From a virus (taxonomy: Duplodnaviria > Heunggongvirae > Uroviricota > Caudoviricetes): DNA of 22,610 bases. Below the pieces are notes generated by a model that saw only the letters and a list, made by a program, of their open reading frames with translations, was not told the DNA's origin and ran no database searches. Each line of letters opens with the position of its first letter. The first letter of the stretch is position 1. Shown piece after piece: positions 1 through 10,551 of the stretch. The stretch lies in IMG/VR virus record IMGVR_UViG_2526164650_000003; one strand, 5' to 3'. A program made the translations under genes and the position numbers.

Positions 1-610
1 TGCCGGTCAGCGCAGCATCAATGTCATTTTGGTCCTGTTCTGCTGCGCGGGCATAACCTGCGGCATCCTGTGCGCTCTGTCCGGCTGCGGCTGCATTTGC
101 TCCTGTGCTTGTCACATCTTCCGCAGTGGCCTTTCTGTCCTCAGCTGTGACGGTTGCATCCTGTCGGGCTTTCTCCGCAAAACGTTGTGCATCATCACGG
201 GCCGTTGCGGCTGCCGCCACATCCTGCGCCGTCTGCTGTGCGTTTCCGGCTGCAGCCCCGGCACTCTGCTGCGCCTGCGCCACCATTTCCTCAAAGCGCT
301 TCATCACCTCCGGACGTAAATCACCATCCTTTGGTGCATTCAGAAACGCGTTCAGTGTCCCCGGTGCATCAGTCGGTGCCACATCAATATCCCCGACACG
401 GGTTGGCTGCCAGCCGTTACAGTGAAGCGCAACCTCGTAATACCCCGGCTCAGCCTCAATCACATAAGCACCGTTATTGTCCGTCACGCAAGTGGCAACA
501 ACGTGTGCCACAACGGTCGGACTGGTTCTTCTGGCCCGCAGTTCAATCGCACAATTTACGACAGGTTTACCCGCCCCATCTTTCAGTACACCTGAAATCT
601 TTACTGCCAT
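1..610 (-). CDS. stf: Side tail fiber protein Stf, N-terminal part only (gene runs off the left edge of the window)
   Basis: Minus-strand ATG at 610..608 opens a frame reading MAVKISGVLKDGAGKPV..., the conserved N-terminus of lambda Stf (orf-401), with no stop before position 1. Position directly after lom matches lambda order J-lom-stf. Not in the ORF track because it is edge-truncated. Confidence 0.75.
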   Translation of the reverse strand, partial: MAVKISGVLKDGAGKPVVNCAIELRARRTSPTVVAHVVATCVTDNNGAYVIEAEPGYYEVALHCNGWQPTRVGDIDVAPTDAPGTLNAFLNAPKDGDLRPEVMKRFEEMVAQAQQSAGAAAGNAQQTAQDVAAAATARDDAQRFAEKARQDATVTAEDRKATAEDVTSTGANAAAAGQSAQDAAGYARAAEQDQNDIDAALTG

Positions 611-620
611 ATTCACCCCA

Positions 621-647
621 CAAAAAGCCCGCCTGAACCAGCGGGCT
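621..647 (-). terminator. Candidate intrinsic terminator downstream of lom
   Basis: 7-bp GC-rich inverted repeat agcccgc/gcgggct (626-632 / 641-647) with an 8-nt loop, followed on the minus strand by a U-tract (plus-strand a-run 621-626). Confidence 0.4.
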
Positions 648-673
648 GTCATAACACTGTGTTACCTGGCTAA

Positions 674-1273
674 TCAGAACTTATAACCGACACCCACGAT
701 GAAACCGTCAGTGCGCCAGTCGCCACTGCCGGAACCTTCATAAGCAAGGTCAATGGCCACGGATTCGGTCGGGTTAAACTGCACGCCAGCCCCCCACGCC
801 AGAGACGTGTTGCTGTGGCGGTTGTCATCACTCCCGGTCAGCACATCGTGCGTTTTCCCCTTGTTGTCAGTTACGCGGAGATAATCCCCGGAGAAGGTCG
901 ACACACGGCTGTAAGCCACGCCCGCCATCGCATACGCGCTGAACCATTCATTCACGCGCACAGACAGCCCCGCCATCACGCTGAACCAGCGGTTACGCAC
1001 GGAATCCTCATGCCAGCGGGTATCACTGTAATGCGTTTTTTGCTCATCTTCAGCGTTGGCATAGCTGAATGACGTCACCAGCCCCAGCGTGTCCGTAAAC
1101 TCATAACGGTATTTCACGTTAATCCCGTTCAGATCATCACTGCCGGGAGCGTTCGTCGAGGCATGAAGATACCCCGCGCTCAGCGTGGACTGATGTTCAG
1201 ACGCCCATGCAGGCGCACCGGATACAGCCAGACAGATGGCTGCGGACAAAATGGCAGCATAAAGTTTACGCAT
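674..1273 (-). CDS. lom: Lom outer-membrane protein (Ail/PagC/Lom family), lysogenic-conversion moron
   Basis: 199-aa ORF with a signal peptide ([24 protein letters not shown]) and a C-terminus ...[23 protein letters not shown] that matches lambda Lom as I recall it. Sits immediately downstream of J. Confidence 0.9.
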   Translation of the reverse strand: MRKLYAAILSAAICLAVSGAPAWASEHQSTLSAGYLHASTNAPGSDDLNGINVKYRYEFTDTLGLVTSFSYANAEDEQKTHYSDTRWHEDSVRNRWFSVMAGLSVRVNEWFSAYAMAGVAYSRVSTFSGDYLRVTDNKGKTHDVLTGSDDNRHSNTSLAWGAGVQFNPTESVAIDLAYEGSGSGDWRTDGFIVGVGYKF

Positions 1274-1297
1274 AATTACCTCTCGCTTTTCTGCAAT

Positions 1298-1321
1298 AAA
1301 AAAGGCACCATTTCTGGTGCC
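1298..1321 (-). terminator. Candidate intrinsic terminator between J and lom
   Basis: Inverted repeat ggcacca-tttc-tggtgcc (1304-1321) followed on the minus strand by a U-tract (plus-strand a-run 1298-1303). Confidence 0.4.
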
Positions 1322-1340
1322 CGTATCTGGGTTATAAAAT

Positions 1341-4300
1341 TCAGCTGATACTGATACCTGCTGTGGATTTCTTCATCACAACAACCAGCAAATCGCTGAT
1401 ACTTGCTGTGGGATACCAGCCATTTACCAGCCATGCCGATACAGAAAACTCCAGCGTCATGTGACCGTGACCGGCAGGCATATCAATAACACCCGTATAT
1501 ATCAGCGTATTATCCAGGGTCGTTCGGTTATAAATTTCAGCACCGTTTTTCTTCACTATCAGGCGGCATGACGAATAAATATTGTTATTCTTCCGCTCAT
1601 GTTTAGCACCGCGAAACGCCACCGCGGGAATAACAATTTGCCGATCAAACGGCTGATCGTCATAAACCCTGACGGTAATGGTCCCTGATGGCCACCTCTC
1701 CGGTGCCCGGGAGTCCCGTGGGAAAGGTTTGCCCACTGTTTTAACGAGATCGCCTTCAATCTGGTTCGCGGACAATTTTCCCAGAACCCGACAGTTCTTA
1801 TTAATCGTGACGTTGTTGAGCGTCCCGGAGTTCGCGTTCACGTTACCGCTGATATCGGCATTTTTCGCCGTCAGCCGTCCGCCAGGTGTCAGGGAAAATG
1901 CCGGAGGATTACCGCCGCTGGTAATGGTCGGAGCCGTCAGGCGTTTCAGGAACACGTCGTTCATGAATATCTGATCGCCCTGACCAACAAACATCGGCTT
2001 TGTGTTGCCATTCGCAGGATTAATCATCGCAATCCTGTCTGCCGCCAGCAGCACCTGACTCTGCATTCCTGCTGGCGTATTCTCAATACCGGCACCGATA
2101 CCCGCAATATAAAGGCGTCCGTCCTTCATCTGTTGCAGCTTCACAGCCCACATGCTGTTCAGGTTATTATTTGTATCAACCTGAACTTTCTGTATCTGCT
2201 GGATTGCAGCACTCTGATTTTCCAGTTTTTTATTGACGGTTTGCGTGATTTCATTGCTGACATTCGTAATGGACGTCCTGATTTCAGTCAGGTCCGGCGC
2301 AAGCTGACCGTTATCAATCTGCGTCCACAACTCCTTGCCGAGATGCGTTTTATTGATCAACCCTTTATAAAAACTCAGATAACCTTCCGCATCATCGCTC
2401 GCCCGACCGACGGCCTCCACAAATGCCGATTTGCCAACGGTGTTCACACTGCGAACGTAAAAATAATAATCATGGCCCGGCCTGATATTGATACTGGCGG
2501 CTATCCAGTACAGCGCCGTGCCAAGATAGCGGGCGCTGGTTTCAACCTGCCTGATATCCGCAATCCGCTTTTCCGAAAACCAGAACTCAAACTGCACCGT
2601 CGGGTCATATACAGCCAGTTTCGGGACCACCGTTATCTGAAAATACCCCGGTATCAGTTCAATAGTGACAGGCGCTGCCGGTGCCGCAATCCGGAACGAT
2701 ACCGACGCCGGATCGCCCTGCTGCCCCCGGGCATTTACCGCCCGGACTGTCAGACTGTAATTCCCCAGCGCCAGCTGCCTGAAGCGGTATGTGGTTTCCG
2801 TCGTCCTGGCTGTGCTGACCAGCCGCTCACTGCCGTCGTCCGCTGCCACGGTCAGGCGAAGCAGGAAGCTCACACCCTTCACCACCTTCGGCGTGTCCCA
2901 TCGCGCCAGCACCTGATATTCCCCGCTGTCTGCGGTGACTTCGGCGGTCAGATGCTGCACCGCTGGCGGCGTGACACCATTCACCGTGCCGCGCCGGTCA
3001 CCGTCAAAGTGTGCCCCGTTATCCACGATGGCCTCTTTTTCCGGCACATGCTGCACGGCGGTGATGGCATACGTGCCGTCGTCGTTCTCACGGATACTCA
3101 CGCAGCGGAACAGGCGCTGGCGCAGCGTCGGCAGCTTCAGCCCCCACACGCTGTATTCTGCAACGCCGTCAGGAACCCGGCTCACTTTCACCTTCACGCC
3201 GTCGGTGACGGACTGAACCTCCACGCTGACCGGATTGCCATTTCCGTCAACCAGGCTTATCAGCGTGGTACCGGAGGACGGCAGCGTGATTTCACGGTCG
3301 AGCGTCAGCGTCCGGGTCTGGCTGTTCACCGCCAGTACGCGACCACCGGTGCTGATACCGGCATAATCATCATCGCAGATTTCAATGACATCACCCGGTA
3401 CATGGCGAAGCCCTTCTGCGCCGACGCTGAAGTCCACGGTCTGCGTTTCCAGCAGTTCCGTTTTAATCAGCCACAGCCCGGCGCGGTGCGCCTGTCCCCG
3501 GCTGGTACAGCCAAAGGCATCCATCTTCGTGACGTTACGACCGTAACGGACAATGGCCTGCGTGTCCTCCACAAGCTCTGTCGCCGTCTCATGACCGTTG
3601 TCCGGATCAATCCAGTTCACCTCAACGACATTATGGCGGTCCTTCAGGGCGCTGAAGCTGTAGCGGAACGGCGCGCCATCATCCGGCATCACCACATTAC
3701 TGCGGTTATAGGTCCACACTTTATCCGACGGTCGGTCCTGCACGAACGTCAGCGTCTGCCCGTTCCATACCGGCATACAGCGCATCGCCGAGCAGAAATC
3801 ACTGAGAACATCCCACGCCTTACGCTGTGTGGTCAGGTAAGCGTTACAGGTGATGCGCGGCTCCGTGCCGCCAAATCCGTCCGGCACTGACTGGTCGCAG
3901 TACTGGCCGATGACATACAGCGCCCATTTGTCCACATCTGCCGCACCAAGACGTTTCCCCATGCCGTAGCGCGGATGAGTGAGCATGTCCCACAGACACC
4001 AGGCCATGTTGTTGCTGTATGCTGGCTTAAGCGTTCCGTCCCAGATACCGCTGTATTGCCGCGTCTGCGGGTTATAGTTCGACGGCACCTGCAGAATGCG
4101 CCCGCGAAGATGATAATTGCGACTCACCTGCTGGTTACCGAACTGCTCTGAATCCACCTGCACGCCGACCAGCGCCGTGTTCGGGTAGCACTGTTTCACA
4201 TCGATGATTTCGGTGTACGACGACCAGAGCGTTTTGTTCTGCAGCTGGTCTGTGGTGCTGTCCGGTGTCATCCTGCGCATCCGGATATTAAACGGGCGCG

Positions 4301-4820
4301 GCGGCAGGTTACCCACCACCACCGAGGCCAGATACTGCGAAGTGGTTTTGCCCTTAATGGTGATGTCTTTTTCCGTCACCCAGCCACCGTTACGCTGTAT
4401 CTGAACCAGCAGGCGGACTTCCGACGGATTCCGGTCCCCCTTTGAGGTGGTTTCCACCAGTGCCTGCACACCGAAGGTCAGGCGCAGACGATCAATGTTT
4501 GCCGACGTGATGGTCCGGGTGATCGGCGTGTCGTATTTCACTTCCGTACCCAGCACAGTCTCTGAGCCGGAAGATTCAAACCCCTCCGGCGGTGTCTGCT
4601 CCTGCTCGCCGGCGCGGAACACCACCGTAACACCGGAAAAGTTTGTCTTCCCCTCGCTATCCAGGACCGGCGTACCGTTCAGCAGCACGCTTTTTAATCC
4701 ATCCACCGGACCGTCAACCGGCCCTTCGCTGATGGCATCAATCACACTCAGCAACTGCGTGGATTTCAGGTTGTCCTTCGCTTCGCGCGGGGTATGCCCC
4801 TTACTGCTGCCTTTACCCAT
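1341..4820 (-). CDS. J: Tail tip host-specificity protein J (central tail fiber)
   Basis: Uninterrupted 1159-aa ORF, size and position as lambda J (recalled as 1132 aa); N-terminal [14 protein letters not shown] motif resembles lambda J; follows I in lambda order. Confidence 0.9.
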   Translation of the reverse strand: MGKGSSKGHTPREAKDNLKSTQLLSVIDAISEGPVDGPVDGLKSVLLNGTPVLDSEGKTNFSGVTVVFRAGEQEQTPPEGFESSGSETVLGTEVKYDTPITRTITSANIDRLRLTFGVQALVETTSKGDRNPSEVRLLVQIQRNGGWVTEKDITIKGKTTSQYLASVVVGNLPPRPFNIRMRRMTPDSTTDQLQNKTLWSSYTEIIDVKQCYPNTALVGVQVDSEQFGNQQVSRNYHLRGRILQVPSNYNPQTRQYSGIWDGTLKPAYSNNMAWCLWDMLTHPRYGMGKRLGAADVDKWALYVIGQYCDQSVPDGFGGTEPRITCNAYLTTQRKAWDVLSDFCSAMRCMPVWNGQTLTFVQDRPSDKVWTYNRSNVVMPDDGAPFRYSFSALKDRHNVVEVNWIDPDNGHETATELVEDTQAIVRYGRNVTKMDAFGCTSRGQAHRAGLWLIKTELLETQTVDFSVGAEGLRHVPGDVIEICDDDYAGISTGGRVLAVNSQTRTLTLDREITLPSSGTTLISLVDGNGNPVSVEVQSVTDGVKVKVSRVPDGVAEYSVWGLKLPTLRQRLFRCVSIRENDDGTYAITAVQHVPEKEAIVDNGAHFDGDRRGTVNGVTPPAVQHLTAEVTADSGEYQVLARWDTPKVVKGVSFLLRLTVAADDGSERLVSTARTTETTYRFRQLALGNYSLTVRAVNARGQQGDPASVSFRIAAPAAPVTIELIPGYFQITVVPKLAVYDPTVQFEFWFSEKRIADIRQVETSARYLGTALYWIAASINIRPGHDYYFYVRSVNTVGKSAFVEAVGRASDDAEGYLSFYKGLINKTHLGKELWTQIDNGQLAPDLTEIRTSITNVSNEITQTVNKKLENQSAAIQQIQKVQVDTNNNLNSMWAVKLQQMKDGRLYIAGIGAGIENTPAGMQSQVLLAADRIAMINPANGNTKPMFVGQGDQIFMNDVFLKRLTAPTITSGGNPPAFSLTPGGRLTAKNADISGNVNANSGTLNNVTINKNCRVLGKLSANQIEGDLVKTVGKPFPRDSRAPERWPSGTITVRVYDDQPFDRQIVIPAVAFRGAKHERKNNNIYSSCRLIVKKNGAEIYNRTTLDNTLIYTGVIDMPAGHGHMTLEFSVSAWLVNGWYPTASISDLLVVVMKKSTAGISIS

Positions 4821-4880
4821 TCCTCACGCTCCATAAACGACAAAACCGCCCGCAGGCGGTTTCACATGAAACATTTTGCA

Positions 4881-5522
4881 TCAGCGACCAATCACCACAA
4901 CCTGACCACCATCCCCTTCGTCTGCCGTGCTGATCTCCTGAGATACCACCCGCGACCCCACGCGCATTTCACCGTACAGAACAGGCAGAACATTGCCCTG
5001 GGCAACCATGTTATCCAGTGAGGAGAAACAGGTGTTCTGTTTGCCGTTATCCGTTGTCTGTGTACGGGGAGTTCTGGCTTTCGGTGCCAGCATCTGTGCA
5101 ACACCGCCAAGCGTCATACTGGCACCGAGAGAAAACAGCAGATTACTCGCCATAATTCCTACCCCCGGCATCCATATAGCAACCGCCATAACAGCTGCCC
5201 CCAGCACCGCCTGAAACACACCGCCACTTTTAGCTCCCACCAGACGCGGTACTATGTGGATCACTGCACCATTTGCCAGCGGCTCATTAAGACGGGCAGA
5301 CAATTCGGTTTCACCTGCATCACGCCCGGCAATGCGCACCTGATACCAGCCGTCACTCAGTTTCTGACGAAACGCCGGGAGCTGTGTGGCCAGTGCGCGG
5401 ATGGCTTCAGCCCCCGTTTTCACACGAAGGTCGATGCGGCGGCCAAATCGTTGCAAATCCCCGTAAAGGCAGATGCGTGCCATTCCCGGTGACGCCAGAG
5501 GGAGTGTGTGCGTCGCTGCCAT
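4881..5522 (-). CDS. I: Tail assembly protein I
   Basis: 213-aa ORF starting MAATHTLPLASPGMARICLYGDLQRFGRRIDLRVKTGAEAIRALATQLPAFRQKLSDGWYQVRIAGRD, recognisably lambda gpI; position between K and J. Confidence 0.85.
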   Translation of the reverse strand: MAATHTLPLASPGMARICLYGDLQRFGRRIDLRVKTGAEAIRALATQLPAFRQKLSDGWYQVRIAGRDAGETELSARLNEPLANGAVIHIVPRLVGAKSGGVFQAVLGAAVMAVAIWMPGVGIMASNLLFSLGASMTLGGVAQMLAPKARTPRTQTTDNGKQNTCFSSLDNMVAQGNVLPVLYGEMRVGSRVVSQEISTADEGDGGQVVVIGR

Positions 5523-6163
5523 TTGTCGGTATACCTCTCTCGTTTACTCAGTTGTTCAGGAATATGGTGCAGCAGCTCACCATCGCCGCAGTAAATGGCG
5601 GCATGATTCGGCACCGATGAACCAAAACAGCACAGCAGCACATCGCCCGGTTGTGCTGATGACAACGGCACCTGATACAGCCCTGTGGCCTCCAGATTAT
5701 CCAGATAGAGATTCTGACCGTGACGCCACCAGTCATCCCCGCGATGAAAATCCGGCATCTCGATCCCCGCCAGATGATAAGCATCCCGGAACAGCGTGTA
5801 ACAGTCCGTCACCCCGTGCTCAAAGCGCCGCCCGGTGAGATGCGGCACACAGCGGAACTTGTGAATCGTCCCCCGGCAGACCAGCCACCACGGCAAATCA
5901 CTCTGCACCTGCAGCCGCCGGTCAGCCTCACTCAGCCAGGGCAGACCACCGGGATGACTGTGGACCAGTGCCACAATCTCACCCTGCATTTGTGCCCGCA
6001 GCCAGTCCTCCGGAGCCATCCGGAACCGTTCCTCCGGCTCACCGGAGATATTCTCGCTGGGAAGATACCTGTCTCCCTCCGGCGTTCTCACCACGAAGCC
6101 ACACGACTCCGCTGGCGCACATCGCCGGGCGTGCGCCAGAATCGCTGATTCTGTCTGTGTCAT
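5420..6163 (-). CDS. K: Tail assembly protein K (probable MPN/JAB plus NlpC/P60-like domains)
   Basis: ATG at 6163..6161, 4 nt after the L stop, reads MTQTESAILAHARRCAPAESCGFVV...HSHPGG... (247 aa). The ORF track's 335-aa version is an upstream extension running into L. The 3' end overlaps I by 103 nt. Confidence 0.8.
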   Translation of the reverse strand: MTQTESAILAHARRCAPAESCGFVVRTPEGDRYLPSENISGEPEERFRMAPEDWLRAQMQGEIVALVHSHPGGLPWLSEADRRLQVQSDLPWWLVCRGTIHKFRCVPHLTGRRFEHGVTDCYTLFRDAYHLAGIEMPDFHRGDDWWRHGQNLYLDNLEATGLYQVPLSSAQPGDVLLCCFGSSVPNHAAIYCGDGELLHHIPEQLSKRERYTDKWQRRTHSLWRHREWHASAFTGICNDLAAASTFV

Positions 6164-6167
6164 GGAT

Positions 6168-6866
6168 TTACTGAGAAAGTTTATTGATGGAAAGGAAACC
6201 GCCGAAATTACCGGTATTGTTGCGCAACTCACACCCGCGCATACACTTGCTGCATTTGTCCTTCCGGATATCCGTTGTTGGTTTGTCGAACTCGTCAGCC
6301 ACTGCCCTGCCCGTGTAACCACACTCATCAGAACGGTAAGTCCACATACAGGTATTCGCCAGCATGATACGCCCCGGGAAAACCGCGCCATCCGTCTCCG
6401 TTGGTGTGGCCAGCACAAAAGAGGCACTGACCGCGCTCAGTTCGCTGCACTGCTCGATGCGCCAGCGGCTGATCACCTCCTGTTCCGGATCGGCGTCGCT
6501 GTTTCCGTTGACGAAGTTCACCGCATCCAGAAAACGGGCGTAAACCTTACGCCGGACCACCGTTCCGCCGACCAGACTCTGCAGATCTTCCGCCATCCCG
6601 GTGACCATGCCGTGCAGGTTAGAGACCGTCAGTGTCGGACGGGCAGCACAGCCCCTGCCGTTCAGTTCAAACCCCGACCCCTGAATGGGGTATGCCTGAT
6701 ACTGCCGCCCCTGCCAGGTGACCGGCTCACCTTTTTCGTTCTGCTCATTACAGAAAAAATAACGCTCACCACCGACCTCTGTCAGATCGATTTCCCAGAG
6801 CTCCACCCGGGCTGACTGCTCCGCACGGGTGCATTCATTCAGTGTTTCCTGCCGGATATCCTGCAT
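6168..6866 (-). CDS. L: Minor tail protein L
   Basis: 232-aa ORF (MQDIRQETLNECTRAEQSARVELWEIDLTEVGGERYFFCNE...) of the same length as lambda gpL and in the M-L-K position; start overlaps the M stop. Confidence 0.9.
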   Translation of the reverse strand: MQDIRQETLNECTRAEQSARVELWEIDLTEVGGERYFFCNEQNEKGEPVTWQGRQYQAYPIQGSGFELNGRGCAARPTLTVSNLHGMVTGMAEDLQSLVGGTVVRRKVYARFLDAVNFVNGNSDADPEQEVISRWRIEQCSELSAVSASFVLATPTETDGAVFPGRIMLANTCMWTYRSDECGYTGRAVADEFDKPTTDIRKDKCSKCMRGCELRNNTGNFGGFLSINKLSQ

Positions 6867-7195
6867 CAGTTCACCACCTGTTCAAAATCGGCCGTTACAG
6901 TCACCCATAACGCCCCCACGCTTGCCGACCATTTACGACAAACCACCCTGATCAGTTTCCAGTCATAAGGTGGCGTCCACTGAAATGCGCGGACGCCACC
7001 GTGCCGTTCCAGAAAGGCTTTTAAAGATGGGTGTTCACCTTTACGAACACGTATCGTCACGCTGTAAGTCGACAACTGGTTATTCAGTCCCGCCGCACGA
7101 CGCTGTTCATAACCATCGCCCAGCTTCACTGTCACCACTTTCGGCTCTGATACCACATTCATATCCGGGCGCACTTTCCAGTGAAACGTCTCCAT
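6866..7195 (-). CDS. M: Minor tail protein M
   Basis: 109-aa ORF (METFHWKVRPDMNVVSEPKVVTVKLGDGYEQRRAAG...) of the same length as lambda gpM; start overlaps the end of H. Confidence 0.9.
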   Translation of the reverse strand: METFHWKVRPDMNVVSEPKVVTVKLGDGYEQRRAAGLNNQLSTYSVTIRVRKGEHPSLKAFLERHGGVRAFQWTPPYDWKLIRVVCRKWSASVGALWVTVTADFEQVVN

Positions 7196-10100
7196 TACCG
7201 GTATGCTCCACTTAACCGGCCACCATCACGGGCCTGCTGTTGCATAAAGTCCGCGGCCGCTTTTTTCCCGAGGTCATAAACCACCTTCAGGGCAGCCGGA
7301 CCTATCTGCCCGTTCGTGCCGTCGTTATTGATCTCAATGTTGTACTGCGGGGCAAACATCACCATGCCTGAACCACCAGTATCCGCCACAACCCCCAGCT
7401 TACCATCAGCACCGCGACGCAGTGGCAGAATGGCTTCAGGTCCCGCTTCCCTCATCACACCCGCGCCTTTTGCAAAAGCAAAAAACGTCGGACGGTTAAC
7501 CACCGTGCCACTGTAGCGACTCAAATCAGCAGACTGGTAAACACCGCCATCAGCATTAGTCGTGAAGCCGAATAAAGAACCGACGCCCTTTACCGCCTGC
7601 ATCATGGCCATCTGTGCCATAATTCTGGCCATATCTGACAACAGGGAAGAGGTGAAGGATTTAAAATTCAGCTTACCGGTGGTACAGAATGTCGCCAGTG
7701 CATTACCGGCACTGCTGAATGCCACTGTAAACATCTGTTCTGCCGTTCCCGCCGCATTATCCGCATCCGCCGTAAAATTCTGAAACGCCCGCATGGCACC
7801 GTTTTTCCAGTCGCCCTGCGCCACTTCCAGTTCCTGCCAGTAGCGTTTGTTTTCATTCAGTTGTCGCTTCAGGCTCCCCTTCAGCACCTCCTCAGCCCTC
7901 CGGTAGTCCTCCGTCCCGTAAGTGCCTTTCTGGCGACTGTCATTCTCAAGCTGTTGCAACTGTTGCCGGTATTCCTGCCGGATGCGCAACTGTGCCTGGT
8001 AGCGCTGCCGCTGCTTATCCCCCATACCTGCAGTGGCAATATCCAGATTGTGCTGCTCACGCAGTGCACGTTCTTTGTCTGCCAGCTGGCTGGTCAGCTG
8101 TAACCGTTTTTTTCTCTAGGTCGTTAAGCGTCTGTCTGTTTCTGTCAGCTCCTGTCTGTTTCACATCCAGCAGCGTCAGCGCCTGAATCAGCTCATTCTT
8201 ACGGGCCAGCACACTCTTTTCATCTGCCGTCAGCTTTTTCCCGTCCAGGTCGCTGATGCGCTGCTGCAGGGCCAGAAGCTGTTTATGCGCTTCAGTCATC
8301 CTTTCAGTGGCAATGCCTGCTGACTGTCTGGCAGCAGCAATCTGCCCTTCCACCTGTGCCTGCTGCTGACTGTACTGCAGCAATAACCGGGTGGCCTCAT
8401 CATTACGGGTTGCCCGTGTATTTTTCTTAATGGCTTTTTCGTAACGTTCATTTTCACGCTGTATCGCCGCATCCCTGACAGCCTGGTCGGCGTACTGCAT
8501 GGCATTAATACGCGCAATTTCCCGCTGATGTCGTGCAGCTTCCGTTTCATTCATCCGGTTCAGCGCGGCATTTTCAGCATTCCGGCGTTTCTGTTGCTCC
8601 TGGTAATTCCGTTCTGCCTGCGCTTTTGCATCCTGCAAATCCTTCCGGCGTTTTTTCTCCTGAAGATCGTTAAGACGCTGCTGATCGTACTCCACCTGTG
8701 TGGAGGCGTTTGTCCACGGATATTTTTTCGCGCGCTGAATTTTTTCCTGTAACGCATCAATCTGCGCATCCAGCGAGTCTTCACGACCAATATTCATGGC
8801 CGCATCCCAGAACTGCTTCCACCAGTCAGACAAGGTTTGCAGCGTACTACCCAGCGCATTGAGATTATTATCAATATCAGATGTGCGTTTACCGGTTTCC
8901 TCTGCCAGCGCAGACATGGCGATCCGGGCCGCATCACTGGACCGCCCCTGCTCCCCAAGGACGCGTATCTGCTCAAGCTGAGTGGCATTCAAAAAATGCA
9001 GCGCATTGTCCAGCGCCTTCGCGGCATTTACAGGATCATCCTTCAGCCGCTTAAACTGATTTATGGTATCGCTGACCGACTGGCCAACCGATCGCTCCAT
9101 CTGTGCGGCAGCTTTCGCCACCATACCAATATCGTTTGCATGAAATGCCCCACTCGCCCACCACCTGTGCCAGCGCACCGGCTGCCGCATGTTGCGTGAT
9201 ACCATTCCCGGATATGGCCCGGCTGAGTTTCCACAACTGCCCGACAGTGACACCGGCATAATGTCCCGTCAGCGCCAGCTGACGGTTAAATTTCTCGCCC
9301 TCCTTCCGGCCGTCATGCCAGGCTTTACCCAGACCCAGGACCGCCGCGACAAGTCCGCCAATAACGCCGCCAGTCATCATGCCTTTCGGTGACATCAGTG
9401 CGCCTGTCCATCCGGCACGGTTAGCCAGCGTTATCCCGGATCCCCTCAGCGCACCAAAATTGCCTCGCGCCATCTGACTGATTAACACCCCCAGCTCCCG
9501 CCGGGCTGCCGCACTTTTCAGCCCCAGCGAATGTGTGGCTTTTCCTGCCCGCTCCATTTTGCGGATATACACTTCTGCAGCACTGCTTACCCCCAGCTGA
9601 GCCGCCCTGGCGCGAAGCAACTCAGAAGACGACAGATTCTGGCGGGTTGCCTGCTCTTTAAGCTGGCGGATAAACGCCGCTTTCTGCCGGGTGGCCTGTT
9701 CCTCTGCCTGCGTCAGGGCACGGGTTTTCGCCGTGATCTCCGAAATCAGCGCCAGATAATCCTGCTGACCAACCCCGCCACTGTTTCTGGCCTGTCGGAT
9801 CTGCTGCTGAATACGCTGTAATTCCTGAAGCCCCGCACCGGCCTGTTTCACACTGTCAATCTGGCGATAAAAGGCGGCAGCCGCTTTATCCTGCGCCTCC
9901 GCCAGTGCCCTGGCCTGCGCCTGTTCCTCGCGCATTTTCTGATTCAGGGTCATCCACGCGCAGACGGGTTTGTTCCACCTCACGGGCCATGCGTTCATGA
10001 GCCCGTGCATTCTTCTCCACCGTCTGCGCATGGGCTGATGCTGCTGTTGCAGCCGAAGAAGCCGCCTGCATTGTCTGCCGGGCCGCCTGAGTCTGACGCT

Positions 10101-10242
10101 CCATAAAACGCTGCATACGGGCAGAAGACCGTTCTGCATCGCTGGCTGCACCATTCAGAAGGTTTTTGATACGGGGAATTTCATTTTTAAACTCTGCCGC
10201 ATCAATCCCCAAATCAATGACCAGGTTGGCTATCTGGTCCAT
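7195..10242 (-). pseudogene. H: Tail tape-measure protein H, disrupted by three frameshifts (about 1015 codons if restored)
   Basis: Four consecutive minus-strand ORFs (9886-10272, 9051-10154, 8057-9259, 7195-8025) in frames 0,2,1,0. The C-terminal piece ends ...NNDGTNGQIGPAALKVVYDLGKKAAADFMQQQARDGGRLSGAYR, close to the lambda gpH C-terminus. Frame changes map near 9940-9960, 9140-9160 and 8107-8113. Confidence 0.8.
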
Positions 10243-10543
10243 AACGCACACCTCCGGAAATACCTTCCCCAAGATGCATCAGTTCTTCGTCCGTTCGCTC
10301 CGGTATCCCGTTCTCTTCCGGTAAAAGGCTGAAATCAGCCACCGCAGCATCGCTGCTGCCGGACACCATTCTCACGATCAATGCCTTCAGCGAGGCAAAC
10401 TGCGCATCCATCCACACATCACTGAAGCTCTGCATCCGGAAATAATCGCCCCACTCACCAAGCTCAGTGGCCGACATATCCGACAGCATCCGCCGCCAGT
10501 CTGCCCGCCGGAACTCCCGGGCAAGCCGCATGACAAACTGCAT
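10214..10543 (-). CDS. T: Tail assembly chaperone T, expressed as a G-T fusion by programmed -1 ribosomal frameshift
   Basis: 109-aa ORF in the -1 frame relative to G; the T frame is open from 10582 through the G stop. Slippery-type heptamer G_GAA_AAG sits 2 codons before the G stop. Arrangement conserved in lambdoid tail modules. Confidence 0.75.
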   Translation of the reverse strand: MQFVMRLAREFRRADWRRMLSDMSATELGEWGDYFRMQSFSDVWMDAQFASLKALIVRMVSGSSDAAVADFSLLPEENGIPERTDEELMHLGEGISGGVRYGPDSQPGH

Positions 10544-10551
10544 TTCCCGCG

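Noticed and set aside
29-636. Three overlapping plus-strand ORFs (96, 106 and 160 aa)
   Set aside because: Low-complexity Cys/Ala/Pro/His-rich translations lying antisense to the well-supported stf N-terminus; typical shadow ORFs.
2133-3890. Long 585-aa plus-strand ORF
   Set aside because: Entirely antisense to the uninterrupted J gene; Arg/His/Pro-rich composition with no recognisable domain. Treated as a shadow ORF.
4836-4860. Hairpin plus T-run between I and J on the minus strand, a possible internal terminator
   Set aside because: It sits inside a co-transcribed tail operon only 20-40 nt before the J start; more likely an RNA structure or coincidence than a functional terminator.
8120-8160. 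Imperfect direct repeat ctgtctgtttc occurring twice
   Set aside because: Lies within coding sequence of the tape-measure gene (coiled-coil region); short and imperfect, so not treated as a repeat element.
7316-10154. Multiple 60-120-aa ORFs on both strands inside the H region, plus the long N-terminal extensions of the H fragments in the ORF track
   Set aside because: Alternative-frame read-through of the frameshifted tape-measure gene (Trp/Arg/Cys-rich artefacts), not independent genes.
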